A stretch of 64,000 bases of DNA from a virus. Its lineage: Duplodnaviria > Caudoviricetes. The notes under the pieces are model-generated. The model saw only the letters and a program-made list of their open reading frames with translations, searched no databases and was not told where the DNA came from. The stretch lies in IMG/VR virus record IMGVR_UViG_3300031992_002338. One strand, given 5' to 3'. Positions within the stretch are counted from its first letter, which is position 1; every line of letters begins with the position of its first letter. The position numbers were made by a program, and so were the translations under genes. Of this stretch, positions 37,654 to 46,718 are shown one piece after another.

Positions 37654-38429
37654 CTTACCACTATTGTTTTTACACAATCCAACTCACTGAGTTGTTGTAG
37701 TCTGGACTATTTCATCACCATGCAAAAACTGTTTAGGTGTCTCGTATATAGTCTCTACGCCATTTATCAGTATAATACTGAACTTAGAGAGTCATCGCCA
37801 AAGAATGTGTCACCACATTCGAGGTTTCTGTTTGTTAGCGAGATTCTACGCCCCAATGATTGTCAGTCATTGTTTTCTCCTTTCGGAAAGGGCGCACTCT
37901 TATTTCGACCACGATAATTGTCTGTTTGAGCATGGCAATTAGGACAAAGTATCTCAATATTTTCAATTCTATTGTCTCTATTGTTACCATTTTTATGGTG
38001 AACTTCTAAAGGAATTTCTTTGCCATTCCACTCAGTTCTTCCACAGCACTCACACTTTTTTTCCTTCACACCTTGTTCAAATAATTTAAACTTTAATTTA
38101 TATGATTGATAGTTGGAATCTTCTACCAAAATTTCTTCTAAAGCTAATGGAGGATTTGGGTTAAATTTCAACCCAACATTCCATCCTTGCCCAGTGAAAT
38201 GACTAGTATCGATGTTATATTCTGCTATTGCGTTTTTAACAACCCTATAATTTCCACCTATCGGCTTAATGCCCAAATTCCTACACATTTGTGCAATACT
38301 CAGCGCGTTTTTAGCCGCTTGCTCATATTCTTCTTTACTTTTTTTCATAATGTATACCATTTAACAATAAATAGTATAAAAACTCAAAAAGTAAAAGGTG
38401 TTAGACAACTTTTTATCGCGTCTCACTGA
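37654..38429 (-). mobile_element. Group I intron (776 nt) in the tRNA-Leu anticodon, carrying an HNH endonuclease
   Basis: Exon ends in U with CUU/GAG P1 pairing; R-like GTAGAGACTATA and S-like GAAATAGTCC (P7); terminal G. Confidence 0.88.
37863..38360 (-). CDS. Intron-encoded HNH homing endonuclease
   Basis: CECCG, LEVHHKNGNNRDNRIENIEILCPNCHAQT. Confidence 0.92.
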   Translation of the reverse strand: MVYIMKKSKEEYEQAAKNALSIAQMCRNLGIKPIGGNYRVVKNAIAEYNIDTSHFTGQGWNVGLKFNPNPPLALEEILVEDSNYQSYKLKFKLFEQGVKEKKCECCGRTEWNGKEIPLEVHHKNGNNRDNRIENIEILCPNCHAQTDNYRGRNKSAPFPKGENND

Positions 38430-38470
38430 AAGTCTACCGTGTCTACCTCTGCACCACAGAGCCATATTTG

Positions 38471-38554
38471 TACCCTCGGAGGGATTCGAACCCTCAATGC
38501 CCTTTAGGACTCTACATCCTTAGTGTAGCGTGTCTGCCGTTCCACCACGAAGGT
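38471..38554 (-). tRNA. tRNA-Leu(AAG)
   Basis: Acceptor ACCTTCG/CGAGGGT, anticodon arm CTACA-CT AAG GA-TGTAG, long variable arm. Confidence 0.9.
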
Positions 38555-38561
38555 ATATTTG

Positions 38562-38642
38562 TAGCTCTAGTGGGAGTCGAACCCACATACCTTTCGGCAC
38601 CTGATTTTGAGTCAAGCGTGTCTACCATTGCACCATAGAGCC
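38562..38642 (-). tRNA. tRNA-Leu(CAA)
   Basis: Acceptor GGCTCTA/TAGAGCT, anticodon arm CTTGA-CT CAA AA-TCAGG, long variable arm. Confidence 0.93.
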
Positions 38643-38652
38643 ATATGTTTTT

Positions 38653-38723
38653 GCAACCTACACAAGACCGCTAATCTCCTTCCTGCCACACACCTATAAT
38701 CGCCTCGGTTGCTGTTTAGTCCT
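38653..38723 (-). ncRNA. Second stem-ACAGCAA small RNA candidate
   Basis: AGGACT-AAACAGCAA...GGTCTT closing stem; alternative GCAACC/GGTTGC pairing. Confidence 0.4.
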
Positions 38724-38770
38724 AATAAAACAAATGCATCGTAAATCAGATACTAACCCAATTCACGATG

Positions 38771-38802
38771 CAAAGATATGAAAAATTTTTCAATTAACCA
38801 AA
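38771..38802 (-). promoter_or_regulatory. Bacteroidota-type promoter driving tRNA cluster 2
   Basis: TTTG-N20-TATCTTTG; followed by TGCATCGTGAAT/ATTTACGATGCA hairpin. Confidence 0.8.
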
Positions 38803-38816
38803 TATTTTAGAGCTTT

Positions 38817-38948
38817 TTAACGAATAATTCTTTTTTCTGCTCTTCTGATTCTTCCACCCTCACTAAGTGGTCTACTTGGTCTTGTTGGTGCTGTTACCTT
38901 ATTCACGGCAGCACTATTTCCTTTGTTTTTACTACATCCACATGCCAT
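38817..38948 (-). CDS. 43-aa MACGC-leader basic peptide
   Basis: MACGCSKNKGNSAAVNKVTAPTRPSRPLSEGGRIRRAEKRIIR. Confidence 0.6.
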   Translation of the reverse strand: MACGCSKNKGNSAAVNKVTAPTRPSRPLSEGGRIRRAEKRIIR

Positions 38949-38976
38949 AGTTTCTTATATATTTTTAATAACGTTA

Positions 38977-39447
38977 TTATTCATTATAAGGATTTTCATC
39001 AAAGAAATAATTCTCTTCACTTGGAACGTCATAATCGCTGTAATCGACCTCAATGTTATTTTGAAGAGCTTTTTGAATGATTCCATTGTCTTCTATTGGA
39101 GTGCAATCACCATCTTGGCAATAATCAATCTCAATTACTTCAACTTCTGGATTATCAATTATCTCATCTGGGTCATCTGGCACGTCATAGTCATTGCTTC
39201 TCATACCTTGCTTCAAATATGGGCTACATAAGACATTGTACTTTACGTAAGCAAATGTGTCTTCGCCTAACTCTACCTCTGCCTCGTTCTCTCCTGGACT
39301 TGCGCTCAGTTGTTGCTGAACCAATCCTTGAGCAATGTCTTGTAAGAGTAGGTCATCACCACCTTGCTCACGCAAAATTCTCTCAACGCTACGTTGAATG
39401 AGATTGTGCAAATCTGACTCAGTTAATCTAATTATTTTTTTCATCAA
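38977..39447 (-). CDS. RLTESDL-leader acidic protein
   Basis: MKKIIRLTESDLHNLIQRSVERILRE; ATATTTATA at 39466-39474. Confidence 0.8.
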   Translation of the reverse strand: MMKKIIRLTESDLHNLIQRSVERILREQGGDDLLLQDIAQGLVQQQLSASPGENEAEVELGEDTFAYVKYNVLCSPYLKQGMRSNDYDVPDDPDEIIDNPEVEVIEIDYCQDGDCTPIEDNGIIQKALQNNIEVDYSDYDVPSEENYFFDENPYNE

Positions 39448-39603
39448 AAAATTATTTCTTTATATTATAAATATAACAAACTACGAAAAATATTCAATAT
39501 TTTTTGATATTTTTGTTAATATTGTCATATTCTTTAGTCACATAATGATATATGGCATATTCAGTACCCACAATGAATACTAAAAATAGTATTTCAAATG
39601 TTA

Positions 39604-40041
39604 TCATAATCCAAGATAGTCTAATATTGGATAGCAATTTTTTCTTATCTCTTCTTTCTCGTCTTTTGTGTATTTTGATTTATCACTGATAAGGTAATCA
39701 ACCTCTTCCCTACCATTTCTTACAGCTACGCATTTGGTAAGGTGACTACATTCCCAATCTATAACTGCACCAAGCCAATCAATCTTATTCATGCCATTTC
39801 TTCTACCGTAGAAGATATGGTGCTTATTATGATGCTTATGCCATTGTCTTACTCGGTTATAATCGCCCCAAATAAGTTTAAGCCAAGGCTTCTCAATGTC
39901 ATGTAAAAGCCATTTAGGTTTCCATACACCTAGCTTCCATGCAGTATAGTTGAAAGCAAAATAGTGCCAAGCCCAATATTTAAAACTAGATTTTTGAGAA
40001 ACATCAAATTTTCTCCATTTAATTTTTAAATTTTTAAACAT
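39604..40041 (-). CDS. HD-like (DUF5662-like) protein
   Basis: LHDIEK, HKHHNKHH, IDWEC. Confidence 0.6.
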   Translation of the reverse strand: MFKNLKIKWRKFDVSQKSSFKYWAWHYFAFNYTAWKLGVWKPKWLLHDIEKPWLKLIWGDYNRVRQWHKHHNKHHIFYGRRNGMNKIDWLGAVIDWECSHLTKCVAVRNGREEVDYLISDKSKYTKDEKEEIRKNCYPILDYLGL

Positions 40042-40043
40042 AA

Positions 40044-40595
40044 TTACTGTTGATAATATGGAGAGCTATATACGCTGTCAGAATATACTATATCAGCATC
40101 CTCATTGGCTCTCTCCAATACTTTGTTCTTGATTACTAAAATATCATTTGTGTTGTATAATGGGATATTATAGTGCCTACATACAAGTCTAACATTATCA
40201 TACCTATAGAAATTAGGATTGCAGAATACAATTAATTTTCTAGTTCTTGCAAATAGTCCTAGCTCCATGAGTGATATTGGTGACTTTGAGTTACCCAATA
40301 TATTCATCACAATTAGGTCAGCCCTCTCAAGATGGTATAACTCCCAATTGATTTGTTTTTCAATCTCATTATTATCATTACTATCTGGCCAATCCTCTCT
40401 CCTTGGATTATAAATCATAATAGGATGAACCGTATCTTCTTTATTTAATTCATCAATAATGGCTTGTTGGTGGTTTACCGAATCGCCACAATCTATAGTA
40501 CCTCCTAGAAATAGGTTTAATGGTACTACACCATCTATTGTGTAAACACTATTATCATAATTGAAAGGAGGTAAAAATAATTTGTTCTTCTTCAT
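40044..40595 (-). CDS. Nucleoside 2-deoxyribosyltransferase-like protein
   Basis: LFLGGTI, YNPRREDW, QINWEL, SPISLMELGL. Confidence 0.85.
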   Translation of the reverse strand: MKKNKLFLPPFNYDNSVYTIDGVVPLNLFLGGTIDCGDSVNHQQAIIDELNKEDTVHPIMIYNPRREDWPDSNDNNEIEKQINWELYHLERADLIVMNILGNSKSPISLMELGLFARTRKLIVFCNPNFYRYDNVRLVCRHYNIPLYNTNDILVIKNKVLERANEDADIVYSDSVYSSPYYQQ

Positions 40596-40602
40596 AACAG
40601 CG

Positions 40603-40634
40603 CAAATATATAGATTTAAAATGGGAAATCCAAA
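40603..40634 (-). promoter_or_regulatory. Bacteroidota-type promoter
   Basis: TTTG-N20-TATATTTG. Confidence 0.7.
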
Positions 40635-40642
40635 TAAATCAC

Positions 40643-41311
40643 TTATTTTTTAGGCGAAATTAAGACTTTATCTGCAATACCCAAATCTTCTACAGCTTCT
40701 TGCCCTATATACCACTTATCCCTATCACATAAATGTTCAATTTCTTCAAATGATTTTCCACAATTCTCTGAAAGAATATGGTATATATCATTTTGGCATC
40801 GTATAGTTTGTTCCATTTCAATCTTTATATCAGCAGTATGCCCTTGAAATCCGCTTGAGACAGAATGCACCATTACCCTACTATGTGGAAGAACAAATCT
40901 CTTTCCCTTTGTTCCACAGCTTAAAATTACAGCGCCCATTGATGCTGCCATGCCTAGGCATACTGTTGAAACATCTGACTCTATGTAATTAATAGTATCA
41001 ATGAGTGAAAGACCCGATACTACATCCCCTCCTGGACTATTTATGTAAATGCTAACATCCCTATTATCCACTGAATTTAAATATAGCAATTGAGCAATCA
41101 TAATGTCCATCGTTTGGGCATCTACTTGCCCACTAAGAAAAAGAATTCTATCTTGAATCAAGCGGCTAAATACATTCATTTCTGAAACTCGCATGGCTGA
41201 ATCTCGTTCTTCTATAATTGTTGGATAAACAGATTCAGCAAAAGATGAATCCACATTAACCTTGTCTTTTGCGAAATGTTTAAAATCTTCAAAAGTGCCT
41301 ATTTTATTCAT
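40643..41311 (-). CDS. clpP: ATP-dependent Clp protease proteolytic subunit
   Basis: FSRLIQDRILFL, YINSPGG, AASMGA, MVH, DRD. Confidence 0.95.
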   Translation of the reverse strand: MNKIGTFEDFKHFAKDKVNVDSSFAESVYPTIIEERDSAMRVSEMNVFSRLIQDRILFLSGQVDAQTMDIMIAQLLYLNSVDNRDVSIYINSPGGDVVSGLSLIDTINYIESDVSTVCLGMAASMGAVILSCGTKGKRFVLPHSRVMVHSVSSGFQGHTADIKIEMEQTIRCQNDIYHILSENCGKSFEEIEHLCDRDKWYIGQEAVEDLGIADKVLISPKK

Positions 41312-41330
41312 AATTTATATAAATTAACGG

Positions 41331-42233
41331 TTATTTTCCCCTCTCTTTTGGATAGTCATATGTTTTATTTAATTCTAAAAACTTTTTCCTTAATTGTTTT
41401 GTTTCTTTTTTGTCTCTACCTAAAACAAAAGCATACTTCCCTTTTGGTTTAACTTCAACTTTTTCTGCTTTGCTAAACATTTCTTTAGAGCAGTCTCTAA
41501 GTTGTTTCTCAATTTCATCTGGAATGTTTTCCCAATATATCTTATCGCCCTTATTCCAATTATCTTTCCATTCGATTCCTAAGTCTTTTGCATATCGTTT
41601 ATAAAAGCTTCTACTTCGGAATTGCCTATCAGAAATCACGCTATTTGGATTATATGGATTAATACACATAATTTTACGACCAGTTCCATTACCCAAAAAA
41701 TAAAAATTTAAAGCTCTGTATATCCTTCCGTCTTCTTTGGCTGATGAATCACTATAGCACGTAAACAGTCTATATTGTGTATTATCTACCATCCATTTAA
41801 TACACCACATCAGAAACTTACTGCCAAGGTTTTTTGGAGAAAAACTTGCGCTTGCGCCTCTTGCAATAAGTCTTTCGTATTCTCTTGTGTTATCGCCTAA
41901 AAGCTTACTAAACGCATAAGGCATTGCAAACATTATAACACCGCCTAGAATGCCTTTATAGCGTGCTGTGAATATATGGCTTACAAATACCCCATTGCAG
42001 CTACCTAACCACTCATATTTTTCAATAAACCTATATGTTTCGTCTTTTTTTGCTTTATCGTCCTTATCGACATATTCAAACGTAAAATCGTCAAGAGAAA
42101 TATCATCAATATCACTTTGAGACCAACCATATTTTTCCATATCTTCTTGTAATGTGTCTAGTCTCTTCTGATATTGATAACACCAAGGTTTATCATAGTT
42201 TTTTATTTTCTCAAGTAATTTTATATCACTCAT
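41331..42233 (-). CDS. Mom-like (GNAT) DNA adenine-modification protein
   Basis: FIEKYEWLG, LIARGA, YSDSSAKEDGRIYRALNFYFLG. Confidence 0.65.
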   Translation of the reverse strand: MSDIKLLEKIKNYDKPWCYQYQKRLDTLQEDMEKYGWSQSDIDDISLDDFTFEYVDKDDKAKKDETYRFIEKYEWLGSCNGVFVSHIFTARYKGILGGVIMFAMPYAFSKLLGDNTREYERLIARGASASFSPKNLGSKFLMWCIKWMVDNTQYRLFTCYSDSSAKEDGRIYRALNFYFLGNGTGRKIMCINPYNPNSVISDRQFRSRSFYKRYAKDLGIEWKDNWNKGDKIYWENIPDEIEKQLRDCSKEMFSKAEKVEVKPKGKYAFVLGRDKKETKQLRKKFLELNKTYDYPKERGK

Positions 42234-42536
42234 TTAACTTTTTCTTTTAATTCCTATTGTACAATAAAAAACATCATCCAAAGAATCATTTTCCATTTTT
42301 ATCATCCAAGCATCAAATCCATTTACAGACAAACCATCAAAAGTTCTTGTCAAACCTTTCAAGTAATTTATCCAATTTCCGTTTCCATTAAGTCCGCCAG
42401 TAAGTTTAACAATAAATGTTCCATATTCGTCAACAATATAATCAGATGCAAATATATTACTGTCTTCTAACCTATAAGACTCAACTAGTGCCTTAACGTC
42501 ACCCCAAAGCCCTATCAAATCTAAATTCTCATTCAT
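42234..42536 (-). CDS. hypothetical protein
   Basis: Operon ORF. Confidence 0.65.
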   Translation of the reverse strand: MNENLDLIGLWGDVKALVESYRLEDSNIFASDYIVDEYGTFIVKLTGGLNGNGNWINYLKGLTRTFDGLSVNGFDAWMIKMENDSLDDVFYCTIGIKRKS

Positions 42537-42551
42537 TTTTTTTATCTAATT

Positions 42552-43256
42552 CTAATTTGTTGAAATCTTCTTACCAATCTCTTTTTCGTATTCTGTAGTT
42601 GCCTTTAATGCCTCTTCATTAAGTGTATCACAGAATGACAATGTTGCAGCATCAAGTGATGCACCAGTATTGGCCATGCTTCTATAATTGCTAACAGCAC
42701 AATTAATCATATCATAGTTATTAGCAAACTTCTTTCTTGATGAATATGTCTTGAACTTAAATCCAAGTTCGTCAGCAGCTTTAGATGATGTAATATCACA
42801 GCCTTGGTACATAAATTCCCAAGAATACTTCTCGGTCTGCTCCTTAATCTTCTCTTGAACTGTCTTCAAGCTATACTCTCTAGAAGCATTTTCCATACCG
42901 TCAGTCATAACAACAACAAGTGTCTTACCTGGCATTTCCTCACCATTTACATCCTTTGCATGAAGCCACTTACCAACATTGTCAATACCAACTCCGATAC
43001 CGTCATTCATTGCAGTTGAACCACCTGCGCTATACTTGAACTCCTTGATGTCGTTAATGTCAATTCCAAGATATTCCTCAGTTACCTTCTCGTTAAATGT
43101 ATAAAGTGATACAGTAACCTTACCATCCTTAATTGCTTTTTGTTCATCAATAATCTTATTGAATCCACCAATAACATCTTGTGTTGATGGGTACATACTT
43201 CCACTCTTGTCAATGATAAAGACAAGATTCAACCATTTAGTGTTTAAATTTGCCAT
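42552..43256 (-). CDS. vWA domain protein
   Basis: IIDKSGSM MIDAS, GSTAMND, MTDGMENAS. Confidence 0.88.
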   Translation of the reverse strand: MANLNTKWLNLVFIIDKSGSMYPSTQDVIGGFNKIIDEQKAIKDGKVTVSLYTFNEKVTEEYLGIDINDIKEFKYSAGGSTAMNDGIGVGIDNVGKWLHAKDVNGEEMPGKTLVVVMTDGMENASREYSLKTVQEKIKEQTEKYSWEFMYQGCDITSSKAADELGFKFKTYSSRKKFANNYDMINCAVSNYRSMANTGASLDAATLSFCDTLNEEALKATTEYEKEIGKKISTN

Positions 43257-43275
43257 TGTTAAATTATTTTACTCA

Positions 43276-43500
43276 TTATTTTTGCTCTTCTCCCTTATAG
43301 AACATTCTCATCTGACCAGTATCATCAACCGCCACATCAACGTTGTTGATAATGTCTATCAATTCCTTCCTCTTTTCTTCAGAATCTACGAGATTCGGAT
43401 ATTGCTTTGCAATCTCCCTAAAGGCTTGGTCTCTAACCTTGCTCTTCTTTCTGCTCTTGTGACCCCTTGGGGCTGGAGCCTTTCCAATTACCTTTGCCAT
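43276..43500 (-). CDS. hypothetical protein
   Basis: Operon ORF. Confidence 0.65.
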   Translation of the reverse strand: MAKVIGKAPAPRGHKSRKKSKVRDQAFREIAKQYPNLVDSEEKRKELIDIINNVDVAVDDTGQMRMFYKGEEQK

Positions 43501-43970
43501 TATCGATTCTTCTTTTTGGCTTCTATTGCAGCAGCCTTTTGAGCTTTTTCGGCTTCCTTTCTCTCCTTTTCCTCTTCCTCAATCTGGTTGATTACAAGGT
43601 ATGAAGCCTCCATTATGTCTACATAGTTCTCATACTTTCTGCGCATCCTAAATATTTCTTTTGCAATATCAGTATCAACAAGTAGTTTGTCTTTCTCTGT
43701 ATCGTATGAAATGTTAGAAAAAACGCCATCTAGAAGTTTATCTTTATATTCATCACTTAACCTATCGAAAGCCTCTTCATAGATGATAAGAAAAGCATCC
43801 TTTTTAGTTAGATAATTAATTGTTGCACCAGCTTTTGATGCTTTTAAAACAGTCTTTGCCTTTGTTACTGAAAGCAGTTTAAGCTCAATGCCCATCTGTG
43901 CAAGCCCTGTTTCCTCCCACTTTGCTTGACAAAGTTCTGCAATATCACTGCTCGTTTCAAAAAACTTCAT
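43500..43970 (-). CDS. hypothetical protein (weakly phage-metallopeptidase-like, no HExxH)
   Basis: LIIYEEAFDRLSDE segment. Confidence 0.55.
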   Translation of the reverse strand: MKFFETSSDIAELCQAKWEETGLAQMGIELKLLSVTKAKTVLKASKAGATINYLTKKDAFLIIYEEAFDRLSDEYKDKLLDGVFSNISYDTEKDKLLVDTDIAKEIFRMRRKYENYVDIMEASYLVINQIEEEEKERKEAEKAQKAAAIEAKKKNR

Positions 43971-43972
43971 AT

Positions 43973-44290
43973 TTATTTATTTTTTAATATATTATTTTCT
44001 TCTAATAATGTATTTATTTTTTTCCCCATCCAACTTATAAGTTCAATAAGTGGTTTAATTCCATCTTCTTCATTGAATGGGGTATATTCCTCTCTTTGTA
44101 ATTCACAAGGATTGTCACAATATTTACCAAGACAATGTATAATTTGTTTTCTACCAACTAAATCTTTGTTTTCTTCATAATGAGACAAATCGCCACTCAT
44201 AATTTCCATTAATTTTTCGTGGCATCCACCTTTGCAAATATTCCTACATCTATCACATATAAAAGAACCATTATTTTTATACTCTTTCAT
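43973..44290 (-). CDS. Cys-rich hypothetical protein
   Basis: CDRCRNICKGGC. Confidence 0.6.
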   Translation of the reverse strand: MKEYKNNGSFICDRCRNICKGGCHEKLMEIMSGDLSHYEENKDLVGRKQIIHCLGKYCDNPCELQREEYTPFNEEDGIKPLIELISWMGKKINTLLEENNILKNK

Positions 44291-44484
44291 ATTTTCCTAA
44301 TTTTGTCTATGCTTAAATTAACGATGCTAGCATTCAGCCTTTCTTCACCGTTTTTCTCGTTGGTAATCTTACCATCCCTCAATATCACAATAGTACATAA
44401 ATCTCCTTTACTGAGGCTGTAGAGATACCATTCTCTACCTTTTTTCCAATCGTCTATGTACTCTACAATATCACCTATTTTCAT
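44287..44484 (-). CDS. hypothetical protein
   Basis: MKIGDIV start directly after the promoter. Confidence 0.6.
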   Translation of the reverse strand: MKIGDIVEYIDDWKKGREWYLYSLSKGDLCTIVILRDGKITNEKNGEERLNASIVNLSIDKIRKI

Positions 44485-44491
44485 CTTTTTG

Positions 44492-44523
44492 CAAAGATAT
44501 ATAAAAAAGGTTAAAAAAACAAA
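44492..44523 (-). promoter_or_regulatory. Bacteroidota-type promoter
   Basis: TTTG-N20-TATCTTTG. Confidence 0.72.
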
Positions 44524-44569
44524 TTTTCATTTAATTTTTTTACAATTTAATTATTTTTTATAAAAAGAT

Positions 44570-45265
44570 ATGCCTCGTAGAAATAAAAAGAAAATATACA
44601 GCATTATTTTAGTTAATCACGGTAAGCAACTGAAAACAATATATAGTGACACAACAGAGGTAAAAATATACAAGAAATTTAACGAGATATTAAAAGAGAA
44701 TCAAAAGGTTTCATTCCCTGTTCAATATAACAACTTAGAGCATATAATGGTAGAATCAGAATATGAATTGGTTATAATTAAATGTAAAGAGTTTGGAGAT
44801 AAAAGCGTTAATAAAATTAGGGATGAATATGGTCAGTTTACTAACTACGAATCTTCAGATGATGATTGGATTGTTGTTGACCGTGCTAATTATAATATTG
44901 AGGAAACATTCTGGGTGTATGGCTACCATCCAATATTACAAAGGAAAACGTTTGATTGGGTGTTTGATAACTTTATTTCCAAGGATGCCAAAAACAAATA
45001 TATGTTCAAATCTATTCAAGTATATTTGAATAAAGTGTTGATTGAATGTAATGGAAAATTAGAAATTGTTATCTGCAAAAACAAAAAAGACTCCATAAGG
45101 TTCTATAACCAAATGGAGAAATGGTGTACCGATAGAAAAATGAAATATGTAATGTTCATGGGTGATATTGCCCACAGCAAATATAAAAAGGATTGGATTG
45201 ATAAAATACAAGATTTAACCCATTGGAGTCGCACCAAGATAAACAGAAACTCAACAAGACCGTAG
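44570..45265 (+). CDS. hypothetical protein (probable homing target)
   Basis: 231-aa ORF ending KINRNSTRP. Confidence 0.75.
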   Translation: MPRRNKKKIYSIILVNHGKQLKTIYSDTTEVKIYKKFNEILKENQKVSFPVQYNNLEHIMVESEYELVIIKCKEFGDKSVNKIRDEYGQFTNYESSDDDWIVVDRANYNIEETFWVYGYHPILQRKTFDWVFDNFISKDAKNKYMFKSIQVYLNKVLIECNGKLEIVICKNKKDSIRFYNQMEKWCTDRKMKYVMFMGDIAHSKYKKDWIDKIQDLTHWSRTKINRNSTRP

Positions 45266-45349
45266 TGGTGTTCCATTAAAAAATAAAATGATAAAAAACA
45301 AGACCTTTTTTTAATTTTCATAATATTTATTATTAAGAAAAATAAAATT

Positions 45350-46450
45350 ATGAAAACAAAAGATTTTATAAAAAAAGCTATAAAAATTCATGGTAATAGA
45401 TATGATTATTCAAAAGTAAATTATATTGATACAAACACCAAAGTTTGCATAATTTGTCCAGAGCATGGCGAATTTTGGCAAACCCCACATAATCATTTAC
45501 GTGGAAGAAAATGTAAAAAATGTTATTTTGATTCAGAAAAATTAAATACGATTAGTTTTATAGAAAAAGCAAAGAAAGTTCATGGGGATAAATATGACTA
45601 TTCAAAAGTAGAATATATTGATAGTAAAACTAAGGTATGTATAATATGTCCTAAACATGGAGAATTCTTACAGACACCACATAATCATCTTTCTTGTAAA
45701 GGATGTCCAAAATGTAGCGGAACAAAAAAATTAGACACTAATATTTTTATACAAAAAGCTAAAGAAATTCATGGTGATATATATGATTATTCAAAAGTAG
45801 AATATAAAGGGTCAAAAGAAAAAATATGTATAATATGTCCTAAACATGGAGAATTTTGGCAAACCCCAAATAACCACCTTTCTAATCAAGGATGTCCTAA
45901 ATGTAGCATTGACAATATAACAAATAAAAACAAGTTTACTACTGCTTTTTTCATTGAAAAATCGAAGAAAGTTCACGGTGATAAGTATAACTATTCGAAA
46001 GTAGAATACGTAAATTCAAAAACTAAAATTTGCATTATATGTCCTATACATGGAGAGTTTTTGCAAGCACCAAACAAACATCTTTTAGGGCAAGGATGCC
46101 CACTATGTAGTGAAAGTAAATTAGAAGAAGAGACTAGAATATTATTAGAAAATAATAAAATAAGATTCGAATATCAAAAAAGGTTTGATTGGCTAGGTAA
46201 AAAAAGTTTAGACTTCTATCTTCCAGATTATAATATTGCAATTGAATGCCAAGGTAAACAGCATTTTATTCCTAGTGATTTTTTTGGTGGAGAAAAAAGG
46301 TTATTAGAAACCAAAGCAAGGGATAAAGAAAAAGCCATCTTATGTAAAACTAACGATGTAAATCTAATATATTATAATTATAACGAAAATACGAGAATAT
46401 TAAAAAATAAATTGTATGATAAAATAAACAGAACAAGTACACGACCATAA
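45350..46450 (+). CDS. Zn-ribbon-repeat (DUF723-like) homing endonuclease with PD-(D/E)xK/Vsr-like C-terminus
   Basis: Four HGDKYDYSKVEY..CIICPxHGEFxQ..H..GCPxC repeats; LDFYLP..IAIECQGKQH. Confidence 0.85.
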   Translation: MKTKDFIKKAIKIHGNRYDYSKVNYIDTNTKVCIICPEHGEFWQTPHNHLRGRKCKKCYFDSEKLNTISFIEKAKKVHGDKYDYSKVEYIDSKTKVCIICPKHGEFLQTPHNHLSCKGCPKCSGTKKLDTNIFIQKAKEIHGDIYDYSKVEYKGSKEKICIICPKHGEFWQTPNNHLSNQGCPKCSIDNITNKNKFTTAFFIEKSKKVHGDKYNYSKVEYVNSKTKICIICPIHGEFLQAPNKHLLGQGCPLCSESKLEEETRILLENNKIRFEYQKRFDWLGKKSLDFYLPDYNIAIECQGKQHFIPSDFFGGEKRLLETKARDKEKAILCKTNDVNLIYYNYNENTRILKNKLYDKINRTSTRP

Positions 46451-46463
46451 AAAAGGTGAAGAA

Positions 46464-46718
46464 CTAATCTTCACCTTTTTCTTTAATTATTATCTTAACT
46501 AATTCAAAGTTTATATCTATTTCACCCTCAGATGGAATAAACTCTTGAGATTCATCCTTTCTATTTCTGTAATATAAATCCTCATCTATTTTTTTGAATT
46601 CTTCACTAGCCACATAAACAGTCAGAATTGACTGTATTGTAACACCATCTTCCTTCAATTTCGATGATATGAACTGACCTAGTTCAAATATACTCATTGT
46701 TCCAAACTTAAACTCCAT
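46464..46718 (-). CDS. hypothetical protein
   Basis: Operon ORF. Confidence 0.65.
   Translation of the reverse strand: MEFKFGTMSIFELGQFISSKLKEDGVTIQSILTVYVASEEFKKIDEDLYYRNRKDESQEFIPSEGEIDINFELVKIIIKEKGED

Larger units (their letters stand above)
37604..38463 (-). tRNA. tRNA-Leu(TAA) split by an intron (5' exon 38430-38463, 3' exon 37604-37653)
   Basis: Joined exons give acceptor GGCTCTG/CAGAGCT, anticodon arm GTAGA-CT T^AA AA-TCTGC, long variable arm GCCCAG-CTGGGC, GGTTCGAATCC. Confidence 0.9.

Noticed and set aside
37522-37917. 131-aa plus-strand ORF
   Set aside because: Antisense to tRNA-Gln, the tRNA-Leu 3' exon and the intron core.
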